From positions 134,225,073 through 134,289,072 of the forward strand of contig NC_068984.1 of NCBI RefSeq assembly GCF_001194135.2: a DNA stretch of 64,000 bases, written 5' to 3'. The notes under the pieces were generated by a model. The model did not search any database. It saw only the letters and a list, made by a program, of their open reading frames with translations, and was not told where the DNA came from. The translations under genes and the position numbers were made by a program. Shown piece after piece: positions 26,131 to 41,773 of the stretch; within the stretch, counting starts at the first letter, position 1; each line of letters opens with the position of its first letter. Source of the DNA: Octopus bimaculoides (Eukaryota).

Positions 26131-27078
26131 GAAAATGATATTTTTAAGCAAATGACACCACCTATGCATACACACTTCATTGTGAAACATGTAAAGATTG
26201 AATTGCTGGTCAAATAGTTTTTGACAATGAAGGTCAAAGCATAACTCACACACACGCTGTTATTTTAGAAATAAAATAATACAGGTAAGTGTTCAGGTTG
26301 ATATAATCAAGTAAGCTCTTTTACAAAATGTGATATTTTGTATCACTGTTAAAAATCAATATCATTAGTATTGAGGCAAGCACCATAGTGAGTCAAAATT
26401 AATTATAATCCAGAATTGATTATCTTGTTCATGTAAATTGAATTCATGTTACCAATACTCTTGAGAAATGAATGAGAATGAGTTTGCAAGTCTTAAGTTT
26501 TCATGTCCTCTGAAATACAGACCGTTTGTGTCTAGCAAAGAAGCATAGCATTATTGTTAATAATTTCATTTTTTAAAAACGTTTTCTTTTGTGTATTTTA
26601 TCAAGTCAACATTTTTTTCATTCCTGTAAATTGATGGTTTAGAAGAGAGGAGGAATGAATTATCAGGCAAGCGGAATGTTTTAGTGCTTGTACAGTTATG
26701 ATTATATAATGAGCTTAGATGTGCATTGCATTCTGTAGCACTGTGTCTTACTTGTCTGTTATGATATAGTTTTAATTTACATATTCTAGGTACTTTTGTT
26801 TTCAAATCATTGGATTTAATGAGTTTCTCATGATTCAAAATGGAGATATTTGAGTTTGACTTTGAAATATTTGCTTGCAAGTATATTTTTAGTGTAGTAA
26901 TTTTTGATGGGGATATTAAAGTTGCTTGCTCTTTAATATGTAGTAGTAAGGCTTTGCCCTTTTCTGCCCTTTTAACAGTAAATTACTTTAAAACTTATTC
27001 TCTGTTCAATTTGGTTGTTATTTTATTACATACAAAGCTACATGCTGGCTGCTGTATCCAAAATTCTTCAAGACAGAT

Positions 27079-27080
27079 TA

Positions 27081-27111
<31 letters not shown>

Positions 27112-27225
27112 GCTGCATTTTGTCTGTCTTCATGTTTTGAGTTCAAATTCCACCAAGGTTGACTTTGCCTTTCATACTTTCAGGGCCAATGAAATAAGTA
27201 CCTATTGAACACTGGGGTTAATTTA
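27079..27225 (+). mobile_element. (TTA)n plus SINE fragment
   Basis: gagttcaaattccaccaaggttgactttgcctttcatactttcagggccaatgaaataagtacc family core. Confidence 0.7.
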
Positions 27226-29585
27226 AATTTAAATTTTAGGCAGTGTGCGTATAGTAGAAAAGATCATCATCATCGTCATCATTGGCAGTGATGATTTACA
27301 CAGTGAAATGAATGCTAAACTTATTTTCATTTTTACATGAATAAAAATGTATTGATAGTTTCTGGTAGCATTCTCAATCTTATGAGCAAGGAAAAATTCA
27401 ACAGGAAAGGATATGAGCAAGACCCACATAACTGAGACGAGGTAAAAGGCTTGTTGCATACACTGGGTAATGTTTTCAGCCTCACAAACACAATACTAAG
27501 AAAACAATTTACTTTGTGTTGAAGCATTAGAGTTATAAATATCATTTCTTGATCTATAATATAGAAATGATGCCTGTTGATTTTGTAAAGAGCTGTGTAA
27601 GTAGCTTTCTATTGTGCTTGTCTATTCATACTTCAGTCTTCACAAGAATTAGATAATATTGCAGAATGAAATTATATTTGTATTTCAATTTCTTAGATAT
27701 TCAAAGATTTCATATAATCTTTATCCCAATAATTTGAAATAAAATATTTTTTCAATATTCTCATAAAAAGGAATTTCAAATTAAATATTTCCAAAAAGCA
27801 AATCTATGATTGGAATATCACAATAAAGGGCCACAACTTAAACGTAACAAAAATAGGACTATATCTGTAAAATACTCTGTAATTAATCTGATGTTAAAAA
27901 AATAAATAAATAAAAGAAAGATGTATTGTGAAGGGAACAAAAAGATTGAACAGTTGGAAACAAATGAGAAAGCTAGTGAGACAAATTTATGCAAAACTAA
28001 AGAATAAATTTTTGAGGATAAAAGAATAAGTTTTGAGGATATGTTACAGGAAAAAGAAAAAAAAAAAGAAAAATACAGACCACCAGAGATGAAATGTTAA
28101 GAAATCCGAAATACTCTTTAAAATAAAAATGGGGAAGTTGAGAGAAAGAGAAATAAAAAAGGCACAGGACTAAATAAACATGTATTTCACACGAAGTACA
28201 ACTATCAAGAACTTTACTGATACAAATATATTAAAACAATCTGAATGATATTTGAAAGTTGAACTGTAACATTCATATATACTATATGCCACTCTAAAAT
28301 AGATTATAGAGTAGAATATACTATATATTCTACAAACACTAACAAAACAAATTAAATACAGACGCAAAACTTTCAATGTAATGGACAGATAAAAGGATGA
28401 ATAACCATATCTTATCTGAAGAGCAAACAATATAAATATTTAGACCTATGCATCTTGAACAACAATAAAATATAATACTAGGATAACAGAAGGTTCCCAA
28501 GAAAATCCCACAAATAGTTTATCCTGTCAAACAAAGAATTACCCTGAAGATTTTAACACTTTACCAACAGCTTACTCTCTGGGTGCTAAGAATTTTCTTT
28601 ATGAGAAGCTCATCCATGATAACACAAAGCTTGAAATCTCTTAAAGTTAGACTACTTCACACAGCTATGACTTCTTAGTAACCTAGGCTTTATCTGCCAG
28701 TGGGAATGATTACAAAACTTCTTTTTCATAGATCTGAAATACTGGGAGTATATTTCTGCACTAAATTTCTACATTGGAATGCTATCAATTTTACACAATT
28801 ATACTTACACATAAAATCCTTGAAGCTCCTTATCAAAAATGCTCTTTACGTGAAGTAAAACAAGTGGATTATGACATATTACCAAATCCCTAAACTTCTC
28901 CCTTTACACATTCATATGAAGTCTTTTCTGCAATAATGGTTGGTAACTATTCAATTACCTTCCAAAATAGTAAAGCAATTTAGTTACAGTTTCTTTGGAA
29001 ACATTTAAAGAAATCTGGACACACTGATTTCCAGTTGTCTTAAATGAACTCTCTGCAAAGAGTTATCTATAAGATAAAACATCATCCATTAATTCACTAA
29101 TACTTTAGTTTTGAAAACATGAAATTATCAAATATGAACTTGAAGATATACACCATGAGTGTCACTAAACACGGAGCAATAATGATTGAAGACAATGTAC
29201 TGGCATGCTTTAAGTCTTGATAATTGAATGATCTGAAGAACCAACACATACATGGAAGCATAAATGATTTTGTATACATGAATGTGTGGTACCTATATAT
29301 GTATGTATTTATGCAAAGGTAGCTACTACATGTCCTTATCCTTTCTTAAGTTATTGTTGTTTGGTTTCAGGTCATTGACTCAACTTATGATCTACAGCAA
29401 TCCAGCTTTGATTACTCTATTTTTTTGTCAGGCAGTGGAAGTATCATTGCAAAGTGACATAAGATTATGCTCAGAAAAAGTTAGATTCTGCCAACTGAAA
29501 GAATTTATACTCCATTGAATAGAACACAAATGTCATGTGAAGAGGAAAGGACAAAGAATTTAGTACATGTTTAGCACATTAGCTA

Positions 29586-29588
<3 letters not shown>

Positions 29589-29639
<51 letters not shown>
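29589..29639. repeat. (GT)n microsatellite
   Basis: Direct dinucleotide array. Confidence 0.95.
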
Positions 29640-29640
<1 letters not shown>

Positions 29641-32600
29641 ATGTTTATGTAAGTATATGTTTATGAGCATCTGTATGTGAATGATTTCCTCAAAATCAGT
29701 GAATCATGTTTTTTTTGTTGTTGTTGACAAGTAAAATAATTCAATATCTATGTCCTAAGATAATAAATAGTCTACTTTGGCAGAGAATCTGGAAGTAAAA
29801 CTACAGGAGGAGCAAATAGAGATAATGAAAACGAAAGGAGCACAGCAAAGTGTATGAACAGAAACATTGGTGGAATTTATTGATAGAGTATTTTAATGCG
29901 CATGGGGATAAGAAAAGTATATTTATTAGTAAAATGAAGAGTGTGTCATTATTAAATTGAGGCATCAGATAATGTAAGATAAATTTGACGACAAAAATTG
30001 TTAGAAGTGAGGTTTCTTCAAAAGTCTTTTGTTCAGTATGTTTAGATGAGAATAATGATAGTTTAATTGTAAGTTATGGAAGAGTGGTAGTGGAATTTCA
30101 TATACTATAATGAACATTGAAAATATTGGTAAAAGTATGTTAGAACGTAAGTTAGAAAAAGGAGTTATTTGGATATGATATAGAGTAACAGGTCAATAGT
30201 AGATATATGATAGCCAGAGACACAGAGATTGCACAGTGTAATTTAGAAATGACTAACTAGAAAGAATAATGTAATGAAAAAAGAAAGTTAACAAAGAATA
30301 CGTGTTATAAAAATTAACCAGAGAATTATAACCACCAGGCAAATATTAGAACTATCACAATACCACAGCTTATTTTAAACTTGGTAAAATATCTCAAGTT
30401 TTATAGTGTCATATTGATATTAATGTTCATGTGAGATAAACAAATACAAATGTGTTTTCATAGTCAAATATGCTACACAAAAGTATTGATGCAAATGGAA
30501 GGAATTTTATTTTGATTAAAAATTAACAAACTAATACTCTATCTTACTCAGCTTATTTCAGGAAGCTACTACATTCAGGATGATTTAAAGGTAACTCAAA
30601 AATGAACTTTGACTACCTGATATATATTTACTTGTTCTTGTTTCTTTACTTGTAGTGTCTGGAGGAAGAGGGCAGTGTTCACGACCTTTACAGGCCCAGA
30701 AAGACTAGAAAACTAGATGTCATTAATGTTCTGTTTAAGCTGTTGCAGTTTAATGTTTCTGTTCTCTGTTTAATACTTTCCACTTAAATCTTCAAACATG
30801 AGTGTTGAAGATGCAGTACATGAAGACATAGTACATGGTTTTATAGTGAACGAGACCTCTAAGCCTCTAATAGAAATGTTTTAAATGTTAGTACATACTT
30901 GCAGGTAGCTGAACTAGAATTTTAAAAGCTAAATGCCTTAGCTATGAACATAGCTCAGAACATGTGATAAAATATGAACCACTAATCTTTTTGAGGATAT
31001 TCTAATAATTTGAAAACAATGACATAATGGTTCCCCTGTTATTAATAGTGTTTCACGAAAGACTACATGAAAAATGTAATTTTGTCAAATTGATGAAACA
31101 ATACTAAAACCTTAGATTAGGTTGTACCTGCTGTTAGAGAACTAATATTTTTGAGTTCAAATTCTGGTACTGTCTTTCTCACCTATTTCCTAGTGTCTAT
31201 ACAACTGATATAGAATCCAGTATATTTGGTTTTGAGTATCCAAGGCAACCATTTAGCTATCAATACAGAAGTTTATCATTACTACTTCTGCTTAAATCAT
31301 CTCAAAATATCAGTAATCAAATATGTATTATTTGTAGATTTGTTTCCCATAAACTACTGTGGTGAAACCTATTTATAAATTCTGCTGTCTGATGCAATAA
31401 AATGGAACTATCCTCTCCCATTTTATTTTACTTATATTTTCCCCTTCATGCTGTTACCCCTAGGAGCAGATTAAAATTGATATGATGTTTTAAAGAAATC
31501 TACATAGCATTTTGAAATTGTTTTGACAAAGGAAACTATCTGAAGTTGATTGTTGTTGCATAACTGAAATAAGTAAAACTGATGTGAAAATTTATTAAAA
31601 TAATGTTTAAAATTTATAAAGGTGAAATCACAGGATTCTAATATGAATATAGAGCTGATGTTTATAGAAGTGATAGGGTACAGAAACTTTAAAGCTTAAA
31701 ATTTGACCTTAATCACATTGAGATTCTTCTTAAATGCATTTTATTTGAATAATAGCAACAAAAAAAAAAAAAGAAGAAAAACTGTGGATATGTTGTGGGG
31801 ATAGAATCCCAAGCTTGGTTTTTAGCACATGCTAAATACAAATAGAAGCTCCATGGGAACAAAGTAATGAAATGAGACTGAGGAAATGAGCAGGAGAGAT
31901 ATATTTATCCAAAATTGTTGAATATCATAACCATAAAATTTGGTAATGACATTGTGTCTGTGATATGTGCACATGCAGAGTTTCCATATATCAAATAAAA
32001 AGAAAGAAAAGAAAAAGGAAATAAAGTAAAGAATTTGCAAATGAAGGTGAGAAGGGTTAAACAAAAGATGTAACAACAGAGATACGTACTTGGAAAAACA
32101 TGCATTGGACCAAACTCTTCTGAAATGGAAGTAAAGAAGAAGAGATAAAATGAAAAACGGACAACATTGAAACAACATAGATTGCATTCCTTAGTGATTT
32201 TCTTTGTGTTTAATGCTATTTCTTTTCTTCATTTAATTCTTTATTTTACAGATAGTGAGTCTGTAAGAACTATGTGAGTTTGAGACGAAATGTAAATGCT
32301 CATGTATCTGCACCTCAAAAACTAGAGTATTTCTATAAGGAAACCAATTAGAACTCGCAGTAGCTTTTTAGTATAATTTTTGTTTGTAGTGGCAAAAAGA
32401 AAATAATTCTAAAATATTTGAGAACGTATTTAATGCCTAATTAATAAAAGTGCTATTCTAAAGGTACATTACAAATACTACTACAAATATTACGTTATTT
32501 CCATAAAGAAGGAGCATCACACAATTTTCTTAAATGAACTGATGTGAAAACCAGGGCTAATTGATTCATGGTTGACTGGTTTGCAAGAGAATAATCATCT

Positions 32601-34506
32601 AGCTGACTAAAAATTATTAGCTTCTGTAACTTATGTAAATGCCTTTAATTTACAGAGTAACCTTAGAAACAGCTATCCTTAGAAAACAGACATGAAAAGA
32701 AACTGCTAAACTTTCATAAAAACTAAAACAAATGCATGTTTGTATATGACACACACACAAATAGACTAATAGATATTCATATATATTTATATAAATACAT
32801 ATAAATATAATAAAATATCCTGGAGATGAATAGGTTCCAATATGTTTAAAATGTCTAAAGCATTCTGTTCATGATGGCACTCTTACAACACCACCAAGAG
32901 TTCAGAGCCCAAAGAAGGTAACATGTGTGTATATATGTGTGTGTGTTTGTATAAAACATACTCTATGTATATCTTATGATATATATACATTTATTTATAT
33001 ATATTCTGACTCTTGGAAAGTTCAGTAATTCACAGTGTGTAGTTGTTTTATTCCAGGTGGGAAACATCGTATTGTGTAATTCTGAAATGGAAGTTGTATT
33101 CATTCAGCTGATAAATTTGAGTGTGTGTGAATTAATAAAATGCAATTGTCACTTTTTGTGGTTGGGTATTGTGTGGATTCTTATTTTACAGATTTGTAAG
33201 TTAAATTAATACAAATTCCATTTCAAAAAAATCCTACAGTACAAGGTTTCTCAATTTTCATTTCCTATAACAAAATTCTTAGTTAACAAATGTTATTCTC
33301 TTTCATTTAGTTGAGATAGTTGTACCACATACAATATACCTACACCTATTAATTATTCACACACACACACACACACACACACACTTCAAAAGTGTATTTG
33401 ATATTGAAATGGCTGAATGATATAATTTTGATATATAGTAATTGTAATTTAAGAAAAAATATGTAGCATATAATTTTTAATTGATAAAGTAGATTTATAA
33501 TATACACATAAAATATATTTGTGAAACTTTCCTTTCATAAAATTGAACAAATTTAGGTTGCATGAAAAATATTAAAAATAGATAATTTGTTTTAATAATT
33601 CCTATTTAGAATATGTAACTATAATCTGTTTATTATCGTATTTTAAAATAAAGTGTGTCTGTTTCTCTGTACTTTGTATGCTTTAATTAAATCTTCAAAT
33701 TGAAAAAATTGCAAGTTTTCACTAGAAGTGTGCTTTTTCTCTTGATAGTGGCAATACTTCTGATTCTGTTATGTGGTATCTATACACTACCTGATAAACA
33801 ACAAACAAGAATAGAGTTCTTTTTGCAATGATATGCTTTGCTTATCATAAAAATTGATATAATGGCTCATATTCAAGTAGTCAAATGTTATTCAGTGATG
33901 CTAATTACATTGAAGCCCTGTTACTCGGAAAATAAAAAGATGCACACTTGAGAGAAGAATGTAATATTTCTAAAATATCTTCACCAAACTTTGCATCCAA
34001 GAGATTGATTCATAATGCTTAAGTCTTTATCAAGAATTAGTTTTTGTTCCTGACTTATTACTAAGTTTGGGTAATGATAGTTTGCTATTGAAAATAGAAC
34101 CCCTGTCTTAATGAAGAATGCTATATCATTTATATTAAGCAAAGTTTAGATAAATTTCTTTTCACTCAGTCTTATTCCATACTGAATAAGCTTTTAAATT
34201 CATGTACCTACTTGCACTGCTAAAATAAATTAGAAGCCTTTTCCAATGCTAATTGTGTGAACATGACATTATTTATCTACAGCTATATTGACCAAAGAAA
34301 TACATTTTTTGATTCTTATATCTCTAATAGAGGGATATTTCTCAGCTTATCTACTTCACCTAAGAGGGAAAATGAAATAAATGATCTTAGTTTAGTCTAT
34401 ATGAAATTCTGAAGAGTTTATTGTTCAGAGGGTATACATTGGTAATAGCACACCACTCAGAATTAAGAACTCACGTGTGTGTATGTGTGTGTGTGTGTGT
34501 GTGTGT

Positions 34507-34548
<42 letters not shown>

Positions 34549-37500
34549 TGTGCAATTGGGAGAGTAAAGTGCATGGTGATATGTTAAAAGAGATACTATA
34601 AACACAACACAAAAATAAACTAGGCCCAGAAGATTTTGGCAAGATGGGATCAATTCATCATATAAATAACTATCTTTTGAATGTTGCATAGGATGTTAAT
34701 AACGACTATAGAGCTGGGCTGGAATTGATAGCAAATAAAATTTAAGATTATGTGCATCTAAAGAATATATATTCTGTTTATTAAATTTCAATGTATGTGT
34801 ATGTGCATATGTGACTGTGTAATGGACATATGTCTTATAAATGCAGGTTATATAGCCAATGATTTATGGTTCTAACTATATTCTACAATTACAAAAAATA
34901 AAAAAAAAGCACAAAACAATATTAAGCGTTTAGAAATATTTCTAAGAAGAAATGAATTTTAAATTTATTTTTCACTATATAAATTGAATGATTGATGTTA
35001 AATAACATTTCAAAATAGTTACATGAAGATATAAGGAAAAATCCTTTTTTAAATTAATGAAAGTGCTAAATAGTGTAAATTTGTTTGAACAGAAGCTATA
35101 TATAATTATAATATATAACATAAATATATANNNNNNNNNNNNNNNNNNNNNNNNNNNNNNNNNNNNNNNNNNNNNNNNNNNNNNNNNNNNNTATATATAT
35201 ATATATATATATCATAATTTATAAACAAATTTATTAGCAGTAATTTGGCACTTATTTCACTAATTAAGTTGGAAAATAGGAACTTCTATCAAGCCTATAA
35301 TTATCTGCAGTATATCTAAAAATTTTGGAGGATTTGAAGACCAAATGCTTGTTAAATATTTTTTTTTCCAAATGTATCAAAGAACAATAGAATAAAATGA
35401 ATTTTGTATTTTTAGAAAGAAATGATTAATAGCATATTTCAAAGTGTAAAACGAAAAAAATAGGAGGAAAAGGGGGGAGAAAAATATTTGCTAGTTTGAT
35501 TTATGATAAATTTTCAAAATTACTTTGTCATTGATTATAAATAAAAATATTTCAGGAAGAGAGTGAAAGTGTGAAATACATGAGAAACACTAAATCTAGA
35601 TACCAAAGTAAATCATATAATTATGACTCACTGTTGGAGAACATAGCTGTAACTTTGCGTTTGCTATAAAATAATTGCTACAGTTCACTAGAATAGGAAG
35701 GGAGATGATTGATGCAGTATTTATAAGTGCCTTGACTATAAATTGAGGAGGACTTTAAAGAATATGTATAATTTATTCTGCTTTAATACCTTATAGAAAA
35801 CTTCACTGAAGTGAAAATATGAATTAATGATGCTAATTCATACATGCACACTTATAAAAATATGCTGTGAATGTATGTATGCATCTATCTATCTGTCTGT
35901 CTACCTGGTTTTTGTCTATCTACCTATCTATCTTTCTCTTTCTTTCTTTATATGTATATGTGCCTATATATATATGTATCAATATATGTTGTGTCACTCT
36001 CAGTGCTACTCGTAACATGTAACCCAGTACAACTTGCTGCATGGCCAGGCCTTTGGTCACTAAACCAGTTACCCTGCCAAGCCTGCTTGGTAAGGAAGAT
36101 GGATTTTGTTGGTCACCAAGCAGAAGAAAAAAAAACCTGTCAAAGGGCAGAAGAATTCAGTAGAGTCGACTGCCATCTCATAGCTGGGAGTGAGAGAGAG
36201 CCCTAATCTTTGCTTAGACATTTCTCTAGGTTTAACGAAAACTCTGATGTAATACTTGTGATTTTCTTTGCATCCAATTATGTAAACTAGTTCTTCGTTT
36301 GGGGCAAATACATGCATTGCTCAGAATGGGACTGGTCCTGTGTAAGTCCTTTCCTCATTTAAAAAAAAACTTCAGGTCTAGGCATCACTTGATTTTTAAC
36401 ATGTTTATTAACAGCTATCTCAATATAGTTGGCATTAGTTTGAAAAAGTAAAAACACTCAATGAAAATTCCATGATGGAATGAAGGCATATGTTGTGTGG
36501 GTGGTAGTTGTAAGAGTCATCAATTGTTGCTACATCTGTGCAAAAGAGTGTAGATCCCTAGAAAGATTAAAAGGCCACATCTGTGCAGTTCATCATTGAG
36601 TTGCAGCCATCATGATATGTATGTATGTATGTATGTATGTATTATGTATGTATGCATGTCTGTATGTATGTTTGCATGTTTGCATGCATCTATGTTTGTA
36701 TGTATGTATGTATGCATGTGTGGATGTGTTTGTGCATGTGTGTGTGTGTGTGCATGTGTGTGTGTGTGTGGATTATATACTGTATAGAAGTTTATTAATA
36801 AATTCTGAGAATAAAAATACATTTTTATTCTCAGAGATAGTGCACTACCTTCTAGCACTGGCAACACCAAAAGGAAAGCTATCTACTTTATTAACCTTCC
36901 TTTCAAAGCTTTCACTCTTGTTACACCTCATGGTGGCAAAGAAGCTGTCTGTGTCTTATGTCACTGTTGTAATGTACTCTGCTATTTAGAGTTTGACAGT
37001 TTCAATCAATCTTCAATGAACTTATCCAATATAATTGTTTCTGTGCCCTTCGTTACTATTACATATTATTCTCAAACTGTGCAATCCTTTGATCTAAACA
37101 CTGATAGTTTTGGATGTCCTCTCTCAACCCTTCTTATACAACTCATAAACCCTTAAAGCTTTACAATACTTGTACATGCTTTACACATGCCTCTATTTTT
37201 CTGATCTGAGATGAGCCCTTAGATCAAGAGGCTTAGATTAATGCTTTAATTCTTTTTGGATCTCATTTATACACAAATGACTGGCATTAAGTAATGTTAT
37301 TTCAGAGTTATCATATTCTTTCTTTGATTGCATGCAATTATTTGGGGATTCTTTTTAAATTACAGAAGAAAACTAAACTAAACCACTAAGTTAGCCTTTT
37401 GAAAATTTCGGTATTATTTTTTGAGTGCAATCTAATGTTGTAGCATGCTATTACAAACACCAAACATAGCACAAACATATAACACAATTCACTAAAGAGC

Positions 37501-37907
37501 AACAACAAAGATTTACAATAAATATAACAAAACAGTAGAATAAAGCAACATCCATGCACCAATAATTACAAAAAAAAAAAAAAGAGAAACAATGCAACAG
37601 CATCAACATTCCCACCAAAAATATATTTTCCCAGGAAAACTTTAAACTATCATGGTTGGGTTATTTGAAGAATTGAATAAATAAATTAATTCTTTTCTGA
37701 AGAAGTAAAGTAAGAGAAAATAAATACTGAAATAATTTTCTTACAACACTCAGTGTTACTCACCATTTTCTTTTGAGATTATAAGAAGTAATGTAAAAGG
37801 ACTGCGATAAAGATTTAATTAAAAGAGCTGCTCGTAAATGCATTATGTTCTTCACTTTTATAGTATACAAAATATACTTTTATATTCTTTTAGAATGTGT
37901 GTATGTA

Positions 37908-37938
<31 letters not shown>

Positions 37939-40900
37939 TACTTTCACTCTGTCATTCCCGTCACACCACCTGTGTAACAAGATATTGGATCTGTGTGTAT
38001 TCAATCTTCCACACACCATCGTGTCTTTATTAGCAATCACTCACTCTTCTCCATTACTATCCCTTCTATCACAAATTACTGACATCCATCACTCTCATTT
38101 TCACTCATTGTTAACATCCATAATTCTCTTTCTCTCCTTCTATAATCCTGTTTCCTTTTTATCCCCCACTCTTTCAACATCACAGCCGGCCCTCATGCTG
38201 TTTCTCGTGAAAATCTTATCAGGTTTATTATTCTCTCTCTCTCTCTCTTCCTTTACTTTCTCCTCAACCACTCTTTGTTCCTAGCACCCTTGTTGTCTTT
38301 CATTACATCCTCTTTCTTTACCTTCTCACTCTTGTCTGCTTTCATCATTCTCTCTTCTATTGGCCAGGAATGAGACAAACCTCTGATACAGGTGAATGAA
38401 TAAAGATAATATAGGGTAGAGAGACTTCTTCCCTGGGGCAAAGCAATCCTTCAAGTGCTGGTGGCATGATAAAATATATCCTGTACATTCTGTGAATGAA
38501 TGGTGATAATGTAGGGAAGACCTAACTTTTTACTTTTACTGAGAATATAACAAACTATCTCGTACTACTGCCACAAAAATGATCTCCAGTGCACTCTGTA
38601 AAGTAGTTGGCAATAGGAAAGACATCCAATCATAGAAAATATAGCAAAAATAGTACATATGAACAAGATGTCATCCCCAAACTACCTAAAAGAGCTATAA
38701 CTGCAAATATGAATTGACTCAGCCCTTGATGACCCATCCATCCCATGCAAGCATGGAAAAATAGATGTAAAAATGTTGTATTTGTTATTGTTGTTGTAGA
38801 TAATGATAACAATCACGATGACAATGATGATGTGATAATATATAATGAATGCATTTGTGTAAAAAAAAAATTAGAAATAATGTTTATAGAGCAGAAAATA
38901 GAATCTGTTTTGTCTAATTAGTATGGCCATAATACAAGTGTTATACCTTGTTTAGAGATTTATTATAAGTGTTATATTATTATTCAATTATTTGCTTAGC
39001 TAAGAATGAAGCAATAATATATTTGAATGTAAATTTTGACTGAAGATAGATGAGTAAAGATAACTGTATAAGCAAAACTAATTCCTGTTAGCGCCTTAGA
39101 ACTGTAATATTAAATAAATTACAATTTCAGAAAGTTTATTGTTGCTTTTGAGAATATTTCAGAAAATGTAGAAATGTTAGGAGAGCAATATATACTTATT
39201 TACAGGATCTAAGCAGAGAACTGCTGTCAGTAGCAATGACATTTTTATATTTTTACTTTGGAAATGTTGAGGAATAATTTCTATGTGAAGACAAATGCTT
39301 TTAGCTGGGGAAAAAAATGTAATTCTTTAAATATTTTTCCTCACTGCCCTAGTACTGAAACCTAATCATAGAATATGCTGTTTTATGATAATGGTATTTA
39401 AATTCAAAACAGTTATTTTTATTTTGAAAATAAATACTCTAAACTTTAGAAAAGTCTTAAGTTTTAAAAAGGTATAATTATAGATTAATTTTGCTACCTT
39501 CTGAATTGTAAAGAATACTGTTGAAGTTTTCCACAGTTAAGTTGAATATAAAAGGGAGGAGATCTTCCAGAAAAGGTGAAAAGATGAAAAAGAAAATTAA
39601 ATGAATAAACCAAAGCAAGGAAACTGGCATGCAAGTTCATGAGGTGGCAAAACAAAACATGAAAACTTGGTGACATGAGCATCTTACTATCAAGAATAAT
39701 AAACGATGACAGCAACAATGAAAGACATTATATTTAATATTGTTTTTGAGACAGTGCATTTGATGGTAAAATTAGCTCAGAGATATAGAAGTATATCATG
39801 ATTTTTTTTTTCATATTTTATAACTTCCTGCATCTATGAAAGAAAGCTCCTGAAGATGAGATCATAGGCTTATTCCAAAATTTTTGTAGAACTAATTGTC
39901 TAGCTAAAACTATAATAATGATTGAGCTCTAAAGAACAATGTAGGTAACAATCCCTATGACAAAATGAAAATAAAATTAAGTTCAATAGTATACAAAAAT
40001 AAAATAAAATATGATAAGTGAATAAAAAGAAAATCTAGTCAGTGAACAATTTATCATCATATTGAAACAGTAACTTATTGTAATCTATGTGAATTTTAAC
40101 ATTGTTAGAATCAATTGTTTTTCCAGTATTTACCTTACATTTTTAAAATTGAAAATACAAAATTGTTTCTCTCAGCATCATGAAACCTTTAGAATTTGAA
40201 ATAATCACTATAACAACTTTTCTAAATGTAGAGAAATTCGATTTCAGTAATTAAGTCAAGTAATTTATTGACACCTAAGAAAAAATGTTGAGCATCTTCA
40301 AATTCTTGAATGTGAATACATTAGCCTTTCTTAGTTAAAAAATAAGGTCCTTAGTGATATATTTACTATCTTCCTTCTGTAGCTGTTAATAGGGTAATAT
40401 TAAAGTCTTTGTTTCCCCTATAGTGTGGAATGAACTATTTAGCTTGACAGAGTGCAACTTTCTTGAGTTAATGATTATAACCAAACATTGAAGCTACAAA
40501 TAAAATACGAAATAACTTGTAATCAGCCCTGCATAGCAGACTTGGTTTCCTGAGGGCTTAAAACCATTTTGTGGTGCATACTGCAAATACTTTATTGGTA
40601 ATAAAATGCTTGATTTATTAAACAAAAATAAAAAGCATTTTTTAGAAAGCCAGCTTTATCATGTTAACCAAAGCTAGCCAAATGAATCCAATTTATTTTG
40701 TTATTTGTATAGCTATGATGAGAAAAATATTATTTAAGAGGAATGTAAAAACTCAGTGTAATATTTTAGATTGCAGTTGTAAGGCTTATAGTAATGTTTC
40801 ATGCAATGTCAGTTGCCTTACTATTGGAGATTGCTATTGCTTGTAACTAGTGAAATGGTTATGTAACATCAATCACTTTAAAGATATGATATAACAACAA

Positions 40901-41741
40901 CATAGACATAAACGTTGAGAATTGCCAATGATAAAATTTGACTACAGAACCCACAGAGGAAAGTATAACCCCATTAAAATCCAGTACAAAGGTGTCAAAC
41001 ACCTTTATTTCAGACAGCCTTTCTTGTTTGTGAAAAAGCTCAACATGTCTTAATATCCTCTGGAAGTTAAAGAGCATCAAATTTAGTAATGATAGGTTGA
41101 AGAAAGGCATTTTTACCACCGTGTGTTGGAGTTGCTTTTTATGAACTCAGTTTGTTATCATCCTCACATAAAAATCTTGAAAAAGTAGTGCTCAATACTG
41201 AAAAGATTATTGGTACTGCTACTCTACTCAACCTACAAGATATTTATTGTACATGAGTACTCTTCCGTCCTCTACACTTTACCATTGAAACAAGCAATTC
41301 CACTTGAAGCTATTCATTCTAATTCATTCAGAGTTAAGTGATGTAGATATTCAGAATGGTCCCTCATTTAGAAAAATATTTGTATATAACTGACATGCTG
41401 TGTCCTGTTGCTTTCCATTAATATAATTAATAACTACAAAGTATGCCATTAACTTCTCTATCTAAAACTGTATTTCAGGGTATGTAGCATGCTACTTGAT
41501 TAGTAAGAAGCACCTGATCTTAAATCTCAGGACTACACAGGGTTAATGGAAAGTTATGACCTACATATCTTTTTCTCAATATTTGAAATGCGAGTATAAC
41601 AGTTCCAACAAAAAATCAAAATTGAGTCTAAGTTGAACTGAGAAAGTGATATAAGGTTTGAAGTTTCTGTAGGAAATGAAATCAATTAATCTGTTATGAT
41701 TTTACTTTTTAGAAATATGTATATTTAGGAAACAAAAGCAC

Positions 41742-41742
<1 letters not shown>

Positions 41743-41773
<31 letters not shown>

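Noticed and set aside
33785-33815. Possible recursive site ttgtttgttgtttatcag|gtagtg
   Set aside because: The regenerated donor is weak and expected by chance
40860-41340. More complex sequence with partial ORFs (also 28480-29280)
   Set aside because: Multiple stops on both strands and no recognisable motif. Probably old TE debris.
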